DNA of 63,988 nt, the filler included, from an uncultured bacterium (lineage in GTDB: Bacteria; CAZSTA01): NCBI GenBank assembly GCA_964609495.1. It is 4 parts of 4 records of this genome, joined end to end, with 100 filler letters (N's around TTAATTAATTAA, not from the genome) between each part and the next. Parts side by side here need not be neighbours in the genome. Positions count along the whole stretch, not along the records: positions 38,985 to 57,412 come from CAZSTA010000057.1; positions 57,513 to 63,988 come from CAZSTA010000201.1; 2 more parts are not named here. One strand, written 5' to 3'. Both the position numbers and the translations under genes were made by a program. A model generated the notes under the pieces. That model was given only the letters and a program-made list of their open reading frames with translations. It did not search any database and was not told the origin of the DNA. Positions 50,415 to 59,856 of this stretch are shown in pieces. Position 1 is the stretch's first letter, and the number at the start of each line of letters is the position of its first letter.

Positions 50415-52022
50415 ATGCTTACTGAAGCTAAACATCCCTGGTGGAAAGACGCAATTATCTATCAGATCTATCCGCGTAGTTTTCAAGACAGTAACGACGA
50501 TGGAATCGGCGACTTGCAAGGCATTCGCTCTCGATTAGATTACCTGGAAGATCTGGGTATAACGGCTATATGGCTAAGCCCGATTTATCCCTCCCCGATG
50601 GCTGATTTCGGATATGATGTGGCGGATTATACCGATATTCACCCAATATTCGGCACGATAGACGATTTTTTGGAGTTGCTGAGGGACGTCCATCAGCGGG
50701 GTATGAAACTAATTTTGGATTTTGTGCCTAATCATACCTCGCATCAGCATCCCTGGTTTTTGGAATCACGTTCCAGTAGGGAGAATCCCAAACGAGATTG
50801 GTACATCTGGAAAGATCCAAAACCCGATGGCAGTCCGCCCAATAATTGGGTTTCCTTTTTCGGCGGCTCGGCCTGGGAGTGGGATGAAAAGACAGCCCAG
50901 TATTATCTCCATCTGTTTCTAAAGGAACAGCCAGATCTGAACTGGCGAAACCCGGAAGTAGTCCAAGCTATGCTGGATATGTTGCGATTCTGGCTGGAAC
51001 GAGGCGTGGATGGCTTTCGAGTGGATGTTATTTGGTTGCTGATTAAGGATGCTCTGTTCCGCGACGAACCTCCGAATCCTGAGTGGACACCGGATAAGCC
51101 GATTAACCGTTCCCTGATCCACAATAGAACCCAAAACCAGCCAGAGACTCATGAGCTGATCCGTAAATTCCGGGCAGTGTTAGACGAATACGGCGAACGG
51201 TTGCTGGTGGGCGAAATTGCTCTACCTTACGACCAGTTGGCACATTATCACGGCGAAAACTTGGATGAGTGCCATCTTCCCTTCAATTTCGGATTGATCT
51301 TCATTCCTTTCCTAGCCCCCGCCATCCGCAAATTGATAGATGAATACGAAGCCTCTTTGCCACCCGGAGGCTGGCCGAACTGGGTGCTTGGCAATCACGA
51401 TCAAGATCGCATCGCAACTGAAGGTCGAGCGGGAAAAGCCAATTCTCGCCTAGCTCAGATGTTGCTACTTACCATAAGAGGAACGCCGACTATGTATTAT
51501 GGCGATGAAATCGGTATGCCCAACGTGGAGATCCCTTTTGAAAAGGTGCAAGATCCCATGGCTCTGAACGAGCCCGGTGTTGCCCGTAGCCGAGATCTCG
51601 AGCGCACCCCTATGCAATGGGATGCCACCTCATACGCTGGTTTCTCGACAGTAGAAACTTGGTTGCCAGTGGCCGATGATTATGCATTAAGGAATGTAGC
51701 CATCCAGCAGGCTGATCCTCATTCCTTTTTAAACCTAGTTAAAAGCATCATAAATATTCGGAAAACCTCGCTTGCTCTGACCCGAGGCACCTACGAATCG
51801 ATTCCCGCGGGTGATGATGTGATTGCCTACCTCCGAAGCGAAGGGGAAGAAAAGGTGCTGGTGGTCCTCAATTTTTCCAGCCAGGGAAAATCACTTGACC
51901 TAGCAACGGCTGGTGGGAAGGGGCGAATAGTGCTTTCCACCCAAATGGATCGAGATGAAATTGTCCCTTTGGAGACTTTGAAGATTCGACCTCACGAGGG
52001 GATCATTATCCGGTTAACGTGA
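50415..52022 (+). CDS. GH13 alpha-glucosidase / oligo-1,6-glucosidase
   Basis: YQIYPRSF.DS, DFVPNH, QPDLN, GFRVDV, GE, GNHD. Confidence 0.93.
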   Translation: MLTEAKHPWWKDAIIYQIYPRSFQDSNDDGIGDLQGIRSRLDYLEDLGITAIWLSPIYPSPMADFGYDVADYTDIHPIFGTIDDFLELLRDVHQRGMKLILDFVPNHTSHQHPWFLESRSSRENPKRDWYIWKDPKPDGSPPNNWVSFFGGSAWEWDEKTAQYYLHLFLKEQPDLNWRNPEVVQAMLDMLRFWLERGVDGFRVDVIWLLIKDALFRDEPPNPEWTPDKPINRSLIHNRTQNQPETHELIRKFRAVLDEYGERLLVGEIALPYDQLAHYHGENLDECHLPFNFGLIFIPFLAPAIRKLIDEYEASLPPGGWPNWVLGNHDQDRIATEGRAGKANSRLAQMLLLTIRGTPTMYYGDEIGMPNVEIPFEKVQDPMALNEPGVARSRDLERTPMQWDATSYAGFSTVETWLPVADDYALRNVAIQQADPHSFLNLVKSIINIRKTSLALTRGTYESIPAGDDVIAYLRSEGEEKVLVVLNFSSQGKSLDLATAGGKGRIVLSTQMDRDEIVPLETLKIRPHEGIIIRLT

Positions 52023-52137
52023 GAAGAAAAAAACGAACTTGGTTTTAGGAGAATACTCCTACTTACACTTTCCTTAAACACATCCAGTTTGTGGTTACCT
52101 TGAGAAGTTAAATCGAAAATAGATTAAGGAGAAGAAA

Positions 52138-53511
52138 ATGAAGATCCTGTTTGTTGTAATTGATACGTTGCGCGCTGATCATCTGGGCTGTTATGGTTAC
52201 CATCGCAATACTAGCCCGCGATTAGATGCCCTGGCGAGAGAAGGGGTGCTTTTTGAGAGGGCATATCCTACCGATGTGCCAACACAACCATCATATACCG
52301 CAATGTTCACTGGTCAACGAGGTATTCGTAACGGTGTCGTATCTCACAGTCCAACAGAAGATATTTCTGACTCCATACCTTACCTCTCTGAGATTATGGC
52401 GGTGGAAGGACATGAGACTGGGGCGGTAAGCACCCTTTTCTTTATGAAGAAATATTTTGCTCGTGGTTTTCATACCTATATGAATCCTGTGGCAAATAAC
52501 CGATCTCGGATTCAACAGATCACCGCAGAGGAGATCAACTCCTATGCTATGCCATGGCTCAAGGCTAACTATAAGAAGGATTTCTTCCTATTTATACACT
52601 ACTGGGACCCACATGGCATATACAAGGCTCCAGAAGAGAAATACCGAACGATGTTCTATGACGGCGATAGATCAGATCCGAATAATCAGAGCCTCAAGGC
52701 ATTGGAGAAGCAAATCATATGGCCGTTTGTTCGCGGCCATATCGAGGCTATCGCTGATAATATCACGGATGCGGAATATATGATTGCCCAGCATGATGGG
52801 GAAATTTGCTATGTTGACGCCAAATTCGGTGAAGTGCTAGACTTACTCAAGGAACTTGAAATTGAGGAGGAAACCCTTCTGATCGCAACCTCGGATCATG
52901 GGGAAAGTATGACCGAGCACGATCTCTACTTTGATCATTATGGGGTTTACGAGCCAACTGTTCATGTGCCTCTCATTATACGCTGGCCTCGGGAGCTTCC
53001 CTCTGGAACGAGCGTTAAGGCTTTAGTGCAGGGAATCGATATTCCAGCTACGATACTTGATGCTGCCGGGATTACCCCTCCGAATACCTTTCAAGGTAGA
53101 AGTCTTCTCCCTTTAGCCCGCGGGGAATCGCAAAACGGCTATGATTACATCTATGTCAATCAAGGATTGTGGCAAGCCAAGCGGGCAATCAGCAACGGGA
53201 AGTGGAAGCTTATCAAAGCCCTTGACAATGGCCTCTGGCCAGCTCCAGAATTGGAGCTATATGACTCGGAAAATGACCCCGGGGAGTTAACTAATTTGGC
53301 TGAAGAGAATCCCGACATTGTCGGAGAGCTGGAATTACGATTGCGACGCTGGGAGGATGCTCAGTTAAGGGGAGGTATCGATCCGTTGCGGAAGATCGTC
53401 GATATTGGACTTCCCTCGAAGCCCTGGGTTGAAGCTGCCGCCAAGCGGAGAGGCATCGACATCCCTTGGGAGGATTTCCGTAACCTCATCGATGTCCCGT
53501 TCAAAGAATAG
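52138..53511 (+). CDS. sulfatase-like alkaline phosphatase superfamily hydrolase (Thr nucleophile)
   Basis: IDTLRADH, PTQPSYTAMFTG, DPH, TSDHGE. Confidence 0.85.
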   Translation: MKILFVVIDTLRADHLGCYGYHRNTSPRLDALAREGVLFERAYPTDVPTQPSYTAMFTGQRGIRNGVVSHSPTEDISDSIPYLSEIMAVEGHETGAVSTLFFMKKYFARGFHTYMNPVANNRSRIQQITAEEINSYAMPWLKANYKKDFFLFIHYWDPHGIYKAPEEKYRTMFYDGDRSDPNNQSLKALEKQIIWPFVRGHIEAIADNITDAEYMIAQHDGEICYVDAKFGEVLDLLKELEIEEETLLIATSDHGESMTEHDLYFDHYGVYEPTVHVPLIIRWPRELPSGTSVKALVQGIDIPATILDAAGITPPNTFQGRSLLPLARGESQNGYDYIYVNQGLWQAKRAISNGKWKLIKALDNGLWPAPELELYDSENDPGELTNLAEENPDIVGELELRLRRWEDAQLRGGIDPLRKIVDIGLPSKPWVEAAAKRRGIDIPWEDFRNLIDVPFKE

Positions 53512-53574
53512 AGCGAATTGGTGTGGCAGAAAGAAAGTTATATAAAATTCGCCTCCTGCTGGGGAGGGAGGTCT

Positions 53575-54129
53575 TCAAGCCAATTTCCTATAAAATGCTA
53601 ACCTTGTATTGCCATATTCCTTTACTCTATCTAAACGAATCTTCTCTACTCGTTCAGGTATCTCCTCTCGTAGTGAATATTCGGCTATAATCAAACCTCC
53701 TTCAGCGAGAATATTATATTTATCGAGCCACTCTAAAGTGCGATCCACCATCCCTTTATGGTATGGTGGATCGAGGAATATAATATCGAATTTCCTTTGA
53801 TGCTTACATAATATTTTTATAGCCTTTAGCACATCATTTTTATAGATTGTAGCTTTGTCCTCCAGTCCTATTATAGCAAGATTATCCTTGATAAGACGTA
53901 TACTTTTAGGGGAGCTATCCACAAAAACTACCTCTTTTGCTCCTCTGCTCAAAGCCTCGATACCTATGCCACCTGTCCCAGCATATAGATCGAGAAATAT
54001 AGAATCCTCTGCTAAATCTCCTATTATATCGAAGAGGGCTTCCTTAACCTTATCCCTGGTGGGACGCAATGAACTATCTCGCGAAGTTTTTAGATTTCGT
54101 CCTTTAGCTATTCCTCCTATAACCTTCAA
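53575..54129 (-). CDS. rsmD: 16S rRNA m2G966 methyltransferase
   Basis: RPT...KEALF, DLYAGTG..GIEALSRGA, DPPY. Confidence 0.93.
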   Translation of the reverse strand: MKVIGGIAKGRNLKTSRDSSLRPTRDKVKEALFDIIGDLAEDSIFLDLYAGTGGIGIEALSRGAKEVVFVDSSPKSIRLIKDNLAIIGLEDKATIYKNDVLKAIKILCKHQRKFDIIFLDPPYHKGMVDRTLEWLDKYNILAEGGLIIAEYSLREEIPERVEKIRLDRVKEYGNTRLAFYRKLA

Positions 54130-54141
54130 TTCTTCCTTCTC

Positions 54142-56544
54142 CTAGCTAACCTGAGCTAGACGCACTCTTTCCCCGAATTCCTTCTGTAATCTATCCCTAA
54201 GGGTTCGATGCTCTCCCTTCTCCAATTTGGGATCATCATCTAGGAGCGAGAAGGCCTCTCTCCTCGCCTCTACAAGAGTGGCTTGATCCTTGACTAGATC
54301 CGCTATCTTTAGATCGGGAAGTCCTGACTGTCTAAGACCCGCTAACTCCCCAGGTCCTCTTATCTCTAAATCCTTCTCCGCTATCACAAAGCCATCGTTA
54401 GTGGCAAGCATCACCTTGATCCTCTCCCTCGCATCTTCGGAGGTAGCATCTGATACGAGAACACAATAGGACTGATGTTCTCCTCTCCCGACTCTTCCTC
54501 TCAATTGATGCAACTGAGCTAAGCCAAAGCGTTCCGCATTCTCTATTACCATCACGGTAGCGTTGGGAACATCGACTCCTACCTCAGTTACGGTTGTGGA
54601 GATTAGGATATCTATCCTACGCTCCTTAAAGGCGGTCATAACCTCCTCCTTCTCGAATCCTGAGAGACGACCATGAATTAAGCCGATACGAAGATCGGGG
54701 AATATCTCATATTCGAATTTTTCCGCCATATCCACCGCGGCTTTCAAATCCATCTTCTCCGATTCTTCCACTAAGGGATATATAACATAAGCCTGTCTTC
54801 CCTTCTCTATCTCCAAGCGTAGTAGTTGATAGACATCTCTAAGTTGCTTCTCCTTCATCCACAGGGTTTTTATCGGTTGTCTTCCCGGGGGCATCTCGTC
54901 AATTAGGGAAACATCAAGGTCTCCATATACTGTCAAAGCCAAAGTTCGAGGGATAGGAGTAGCAGTCATAATCAATATATCGGGATTAAGCCCCTTCTCC
55001 TGAAGAGTCGCCCTCTGCATAACTCCGAACCGATGTTGTTCATCGATCACTACCAGACCTAACTTATGAAAGCGCACCCCTTCTTGAATTAGGGCGTGAG
55101 TCCCGATGATAAGATCGATCTCTCCGCTCTCTATCTTCTCTCGAATCTCCCTCTTATCCTTCTCCCTCCTACTACCGATTAGTAGCTCCGATCTAACATC
55201 TAGTAGGGAGAGTAATTCCTTTAGATTGGTATAATGTTGTTGCCCCAAGACCTCGGTGGGAACCATTATAGCCCCCTGATAGCCATTCCCCACCGCCAGC
55301 AATAGGGAGAAGACTGCAACTATCGTCTTTCCTGATCCTACATCGCCCTGGAGAAGACGACTCATGGGCTTATCATCAGCCATATCTTGGAATATCTCCG
55401 CAATGACTCTCTCTTGAGCCTTGGTGAGTTTGAAAGGCAGGGATTCTCTAAATCTGTCCACCAATCCCCCTTTAAATTCGAACTGGACCGATTTAGCGGT
55501 GGACTTGGCGCTGAGTCTCTTCTGAGCCAAGCCTAGTTGAAGGAAGAAAAGCTCCTCGAAAACTAATCTTCGCCGAGCCTGTTTCAGGATATAGGGGTTA
55601 TCGGGGAAGTGGAAGTTAGCGATCGCTTGCGATAGATCTAGCAACTTATATTTCTGCTTAAGATATCCGGGAAGGTGATCTTCAAGACCCGGCGCGTATT
55701 CATCAACAGCTCGTTTCATCAGAGAACGAAGAGTCCTCGGATGTATATTTGCAATGGAAGGGTAGATCGGAACTATACGTTTAGTATGTATAGTTTCCTC
55801 CCCTTCCTCATCGTCCACGATCTCGTATTCAAAATCAGCAGTTTGAACCTCCCCATATTTACGGAAAAATTTGCCACTGACTATGACTTTCGTCTCCTCC
55901 AGGAGAATCTTACGCAGGTATAATCGGTTGAAGCATACCAGGAAGACGAATCCAGTTTCATCCCCTACTGCGATCTTTAATAACTCTCTTCCACTCTTAG
56001 TGAAAAAAGCGACATGTTCTAAAACCTTCCCCTCTATAACTTGCTTTACCCCGAACTGAATTTGAGATATAGGTTTTATTCGCCTTCTATCCTCGTGGCG
56101 ATTGGGAAAGTAGAAGAGGAGATCCTCCACCGTCTCTAAACCTATCTCCCTGAATCTGGCGGCTAATTTAGGTCCCACCCCTTTTAGATACCTCAGAGAT
56201 ACTCTAGGATCCTTTATCTCCTCGACTCTCTCCTCTATGGTCCCCACTGGCCCGATCTTTCCTGCTAGCTCTTGCTCTATATCCTCTATGATCTCAAGGG
56301 ACTGCGCCACCCTCTCCTCCTTTTCCTCCAGAGATAACTCCCTATAATCTGAGAATAGAGATCTCACCCTCGCGAGCTTATCCTTGATCGACTCGGAGTC
56401 ACAACTCTCGAGTCCCTTTGTTGACCAATTTTGAACAAAGCTATCAAATCCCCCAAATACGGAGGTGTTCTGATATCTATATTTTTTTTCCAGACTGAAG
56501 GGTCTCTGTAAGATAGTCAGTATCTCTTTAAGATCCTTCACCAA
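54142..56544 (-). CDS. recG: ATP-dependent DNA helicase RecG
   Basis: QGDVGSGKT, DEQHRFG, TATPIPR, HQLRGRVGRG. Confidence 0.96.
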   Translation of the reverse strand: MVKDLKEILTILQRPFSLEKKYRYQNTSVFGGFDSFVQNWSTKGLESCDSESIKDKLARVRSLFSDYRELSLEEKEERVAQSLEIIEDIEQELAGKIGPVGTIEERVEEIKDPRVSLRYLKGVGPKLAARFREIGLETVEDLLFYFPNRHEDRRRIKPISQIQFGVKQVIEGKVLEHVAFFTKSGRELLKIAVGDETGFVFLVCFNRLYLRKILLEETKVIVSGKFFRKYGEVQTADFEYEIVDDEEGEETIHTKRIVPIYPSIANIHPRTLRSLMKRAVDEYAPGLEDHLPGYLKQKYKLLDLSQAIANFHFPDNPYILKQARRRLVFEELFFLQLGLAQKRLSAKSTAKSVQFEFKGGLVDRFRESLPFKLTKAQERVIAEIFQDMADDKPMSRLLQGDVGSGKTIVAVFSLLLAVGNGYQGAIMVPTEVLGQQHYTNLKELLSLLDVRSELLIGSRREKDKREIREKIESGEIDLIIGTHALIQEGVRFHKLGLVVIDEQHRFGVMQRATLQEKGLNPDILIMTATPIPRTLALTVYGDLDVSLIDEMPPGRQPIKTLWMKEKQLRDVYQLLRLEIEKGRQAYVIYPLVEESEKMDLKAAVDMAEKFEYEIFPDLRIGLIHGRLSGFEKEEVMTAFKERRIDILISTTVTEVGVDVPNATVMVIENAERFGLAQLHQLRGRVGRGEHQSYCVLVSDATSEDARERIKVMLATNDGFVIAEKDLEIRGPGELAGLRQSGLPDLKIADLVKDQATLVEARREAFSLLDDDPKLEKGEHRTLRDRLQKEFGERVRLAQVS

Positions 56545-56553
56545 TTGCCCCCT

Positions 56554-56775
56554 TTATTCCAACTGCTCAACTTTATTTGCCACTGCATTCAAATCTTTGA
56601 TTAAAGAATCGATATCTATTCTATGCATACGCGCCCCAACTTCTATTGACGCGTATACTACTCCCATACATACTATACAGCCCAGGCCATAGCGGACGAA
56701 GACCTCTCTTGTCTCTGGATAGGTCCTCAAAACGTCTATGATAGACATATCCTTAGTTATAGCCATTACTATCAC
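56554..56775 (-). CDS. DUF1858 domain protein
   Basis: ITKDMSI.DVL..YPE...VF..YGLGC..C. Confidence 0.85.
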   Translation of the reverse strand: MIVMAITKDMSIIDVLRTYPETREVFVRYGLGCIVCMGVVYASIEVGARMHRIDIDSLIKDLNAVANKVEQLE

Positions 56776-56809
56776 CTTCCTTCTTTCCGATCAAAGCGAA
56801 AAAATTTAC

Positions 56810-56838
56810 TTGCTATTTATCTCCTTTTGTGGTAAAAT
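56810..56838 (+). promoter_or_regulatory. rpmB promoter (extended -10)
   Basis: TTGCTA-17-TAAAAT with TG preceding the -10. Confidence 0.6.
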
Positions 56839-56934
56839 AGCTGAGGTCGTCTCCCTTTTAGAACTAGCTGAGATTATGAAATGGTAAAAATCTATAATCC
56901 TTCCATATCCACTAACTTTATCGGAGGTGAATCT

Positions 56935-57129
56935 ATGTCTAGGAGATGTGATATATGTGGAAGAGGGCCTATAACTGGACATTCAGTAAGCCACTCTGAA
57001 ATTAAGAACAAGAGAAGATGGCTTCCTAATATTCAGAAGATCAGGGTTATCAAAGACGGCGCTGTTAAAAGGATGAACGTATGTACTAGGTGTCTGCGAT
57101 CTGGCAAGGTAGTTAAAGCCACCCGTTAA
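56935..57129 (+). CDS. rpmB: 50S ribosomal protein L28 (Zn-binding form)
   Basis: [33 protein letters not shown]. Confidence 0.95.
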   Translation: MSRRCDICGRGPITGHSVSHSEIKNKRRWLPNIQKIRVIKDGAVKRMNVCTRCLRSGKVVKATR

Positions 57130-57136
57130 GAGATAG

Positions 57137-57167
57137 GGGGCAGGGATTCGAATAGATCTCTGACCCC
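57137..57167. terminator. terminator-like hairpin between rpmB and gdh
   Basis: GGGGCAGGGAT...ATCTCTGACCCC imperfect stem followed by ATTTT. Confidence 0.5.
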
Positions 57168-57182
57168 ATTTTCCCTAGATAT

Positions 57183-57412
57183 CTAAGGACAGAAACCTCT
57201 AAGACAAGTTGCTTCAGCTACTCTACCTACTGCCAAGATATAAGTTCCCATCCGCATATCTACCTTGTGTTTTTCCATCAAGCTCAGAACTTGATCGAAA
57301 CTATTTATCATCTTCTCCTTTAATCTAGTGTTAACTTCTTCCTCGCTCCAGAAGTACTTCTGTATATCTTGCACCCATTCGAAGTAAGAGACCGTAACTC
57401 CTCCGGCATTAG
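57183..57412 (-). CDS. gdhA: Glu/Leu/Phe/Val dehydrogenase, C-terminal fragment cut by contig edge
   Basis: NAGGVTVSYFEWVQ in frame upstream of the listed ORF. Confidence 0.88.
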
Positions 57413-57512
57413 NNNNNNNNNNNNNNNNNNNNNNNNNNNNNNNNNNNNNNNNNNNNTTAATTAATTAANNNNNNNNNNNNNNNNNNNNNNNNNNNNNNNN
57501 NNNNNNNNNNNN
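57413..57512. other. artificial contig linker
   Basis: N-run-TTAATTAATTAA-N-run. Confidence 0.98.
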
Positions 57513-57615
57513 AAAGAAAATACCACCACATACAAAAAAAATCAATAAAAAACACTATCCATACTATAAACAAAACCAAAAAATATAAAATAACGAGGAG
57601 TATAAAATATTATCC

Positions 57616-58629
57616 TTGACAAATGGCGCTCGAGATGTAAAAGAGATAATTAGAATCAGCAATCTAGGAGAGTTTGCTACCTGCAAGCTCTTATACGGAT
57701 TACTATCCTCGGGACTGATTCGCCGGGTGGGAGAGAGTAGCTCGAGCGCCCTTGATAAAGAGGAAAAAACGATAATGCAACATAGAGATCTGGGAGAAGC
57801 TTTCTTCAAGATAGGGATGTTCGAGGAGGCCTTGCGAGAATATAAAGAGATAACGAGGAAAGATGAGGAATCTCTCGATGCTTATCTCTACCTGGGGCTT
57901 ATTTCTTATCTCCAGAAGAGATATGATGAGGCTATCAGATACTATGAGAAAGCGATCGAACTCGATCCTCAAAATGCGAAGTTGCATAATAATCTGGGAG
58001 TAGTCCTGGAGAGGCAAAATAAATATGAACAAGCGGCTAAGGAATATCGTTCGGCAACTAAATTAGCTCTCCAAAATGCCAAGGCTCATAATAACCTGGG
58101 GAGGATCTATTATAAATATAACGCCTATCAATTAGCCCTTCGGGAATTCGAGAGTGCTCTCGGGAGCGATCCGAAGTTGGTAGAAGCTTATTTCTATTTG
58201 GGTTTGATCTATATCAAGGAAAGGGAGTATGACAAAGCTCTTTCTACCTATCGTAAAGCTATTGAGCTCTTTCCTTCGGAGGCTAAGCTTCACAATAATC
58301 TGGGCCTCATCTTAGAAAAGATGGGATCCTACGAGGAAGCATTGCGAGGGTATGAAGAGGCGCTCGATTTGGATCCCGATTCAGCCAAGGCCCATTATAA
58401 TCTAGGATGTTTATATTATCGAAAGGGATTATATGATCAAGCTGTTCACGAGTTAGAGATGGCGGTAAAATTTGATTCAAATCTTTCCGATGCTCACTTC
58501 AAGCTAGGAAATATATATTATAAACAGATGAGAGCAAGTGAGGCCACGGAGGAATGGGAGAAAGCTTTAGAGATAGATCCAGATAACGAAGCTTTGCGCA
58601 ATAATCTAAGGATAGTCCGAGGAGGTTAA
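57616..58629 (+). CDS. TPR protein (5' partial; paralog of 61038-62495)
   Basis: about 8 TPRs (AHNNLG..YY); N-terminal GARDVKEII..S..GEF..C..L aligns with the paralog. Confidence 0.85.
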   Translation: MTNGARDVKEIIRISNLGEFATCKLLYGLLSSGLIRRVGESSSSALDKEEKTIMQHRDLGEAFFKIGMFEEALREYKEITRKDEESLDAYLYLGLISYLQKRYDEAIRYYEKAIELDPQNAKLHNNLGVVLERQNKYEQAAKEYRSATKLALQNAKAHNNLGRIYYKYNAYQLALREFESALGSDPKLVEAYFYLGLIYIKEREYDKALSTYRKAIELFPSEAKLHNNLGLILEKMGSYEEALRGYEEALDLDPDSAKAHYNLGCLYYRKGLYDQAVHELEMAVKFDSNLSDAHFKLGNIYYKQMRASEATEEWEKALEIDPDNEALRNNLRIVRGG

Positions 58630-58639
58630 AGGAAGACGT

Positions 58640-59011
58640 ATGGGGGCAAAAGTTTTAATAGTTGATGATGCTATCTTTATGAGAAAGATGATCGGGGATA
58701 TATTGAAGAAAGATGGATATGAGATCGTGGGAGAGGCCGGGACAGGGGAGGAGGCTTGTCGCAAGTATAAAGAGTTACAGCCCGATTTAGTGACGATCGA
58801 TCTTATAATGCCTGGAATGGGAGGAATTGATACTGTTCGGGCGATTCTCAAGTATGATCCTCATGCTAAAATCTTAATCTGCAGTGCTATGGGACAACAA
58901 GCTCTGGTAGTCGAGGCTATCCAAGCTGGAGCTAGAGATTATGTGGTGAAACCCTTCCAGCCCTCGCGAGTCCTAGAGGCCGCGCAAAGAGTCCTCAACT
59001 GGTCAGACTAG
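58640..59011 (+). CDS. cheY: CheY-like single-domain response regulator
   Basis: VLIVDDAIFMR, DLIMP, CSAMGQQA.V.EAI.AGA.DY.VKPF (Bacillus/Thermotoga type). Confidence 0.9.
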   Translation: MGAKVLIVDDAIFMRKMIGDILKKDGYEIVGEAGTGEEACRKYKELQPDLVTIDLIMPGMGGIDTVRAILKYDPHAKILICSAMGQQALVVEAIQAGARDYVVKPFQPSRVLEAAQRVLNWSD

Positions 59012-59049
59012 ATTTCGTGAGGCTAAAAAGGAAAGAGGAGGTTATTTTC

Positions 59050-59673
59050 GTGCGTGATGTTAGAGATTTAAATACTCTTCAGCTTGATGCCTTAAAAGAG
59101 GTGGCCAATATAGGGGGTGGGCATGCGGCTACGGCCTTAGCCCAGTTGATAAGTCGCAAAACTATGGTCAGCGTTCCTCAAGTTAGAGTCACCTTGCTCG
59201 ATGATGTCTCATCCACCATTGGTTCGCCGGAGACTATAGTAGCTGGCATATTATTCCACGTCTTAGGGGATGTTACTGGGCATATACTCATCCTATTTCC
59301 TCGCGATTCCGCTATGACTTTGGCGGACATCCTTCTCCACCGAAAATCGGGAGAGACCAGAGTCTTCTCAGAGATAGAACAATCCTCTCTCAAGGAAGCG
59401 GGAAACATTCTAACAGGATCCTATTTAAGCGTTCTAAGCGATTTTCTAGGGATCTTACTACTCCCCTCCATTCCCAGTATGGTAGTAGATATGGTGGGGG
59501 CTATCTTGACCTCGGTATCCATAGCTTCCAGTCCAGATGAGGAATATGTTTTCTGTATCGAAACGGAGTTTAGATTCCTCGATGAAAAGAAATTAATTCG
59601 AGGGCTCTTCCTGCTTCTGCCAGATATCGAATCCTTATCGATCATCCTCAGAGCCCTCCGAGTTGACACTTAA
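59050..59673 (+). CDS. cheC: CheY-P phosphatase CheC
   Basis: two ExxN motifs (LKEVANIG, LKEAGNIL), PSIP...DM.GA. Confidence 0.9.
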   Translation: MRDVRDLNTLQLDALKEVANIGGGHAATALAQLISRKTMVSVPQVRVTLLDDVSSTIGSPETIVAGILFHVLGDVTGHILILFPRDSAMTLADILLHRKSGETRVFSEIEQSSLKEAGNILTGSYLSVLSDFLGILLLPSIPSMVVDMVGAILTSVSIASSPDEEYVFCIETEFRFLDEKKLIRGLFLLLPDIESLSIILRALRVDT

Positions 59674-59697
59674 ACGATGAGAGGAGAAGCTCTCTAG

Positions 59698-59833
59698 GTC
59701 AACGACCCCACCCATAAAGGGCGAGGCTTGAAGGACAAGCCTACGTTGACTAGGGGACTAACACAGATTAGTAGCAGTTAAGGAGGAGAGATACATATAC
59801 CACAAGGGTAGGGGTTTTCACGCTGGTTTTTTA
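59698..59833 (+). mobile_element. internally deleted IS200/IS605 (IscB/omegaRNA, HEARO-like) element
   Basis: GTCAACGACCCCACCCATAAAGGGCGAGGCTTG..AAGCC..GTTGACTAG left end; AAGGGTAGGGGTTTTCACGC right end followed by ATAAA; no ORF. Confidence 0.65.
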
Positions 59834-59856
59834 TAAAGACGAGGTTTTATGAGAGA

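Noticed and set aside
57513-57594. A/C-rich, nearly G-free stretch that could suggest G-to-A hypermutation or a regulatory tract
   Set aside because: It lies at the very start of a contig and breaks an otherwise conserved frame; low-quality or amplification artefact is the simplest explanation without reads.
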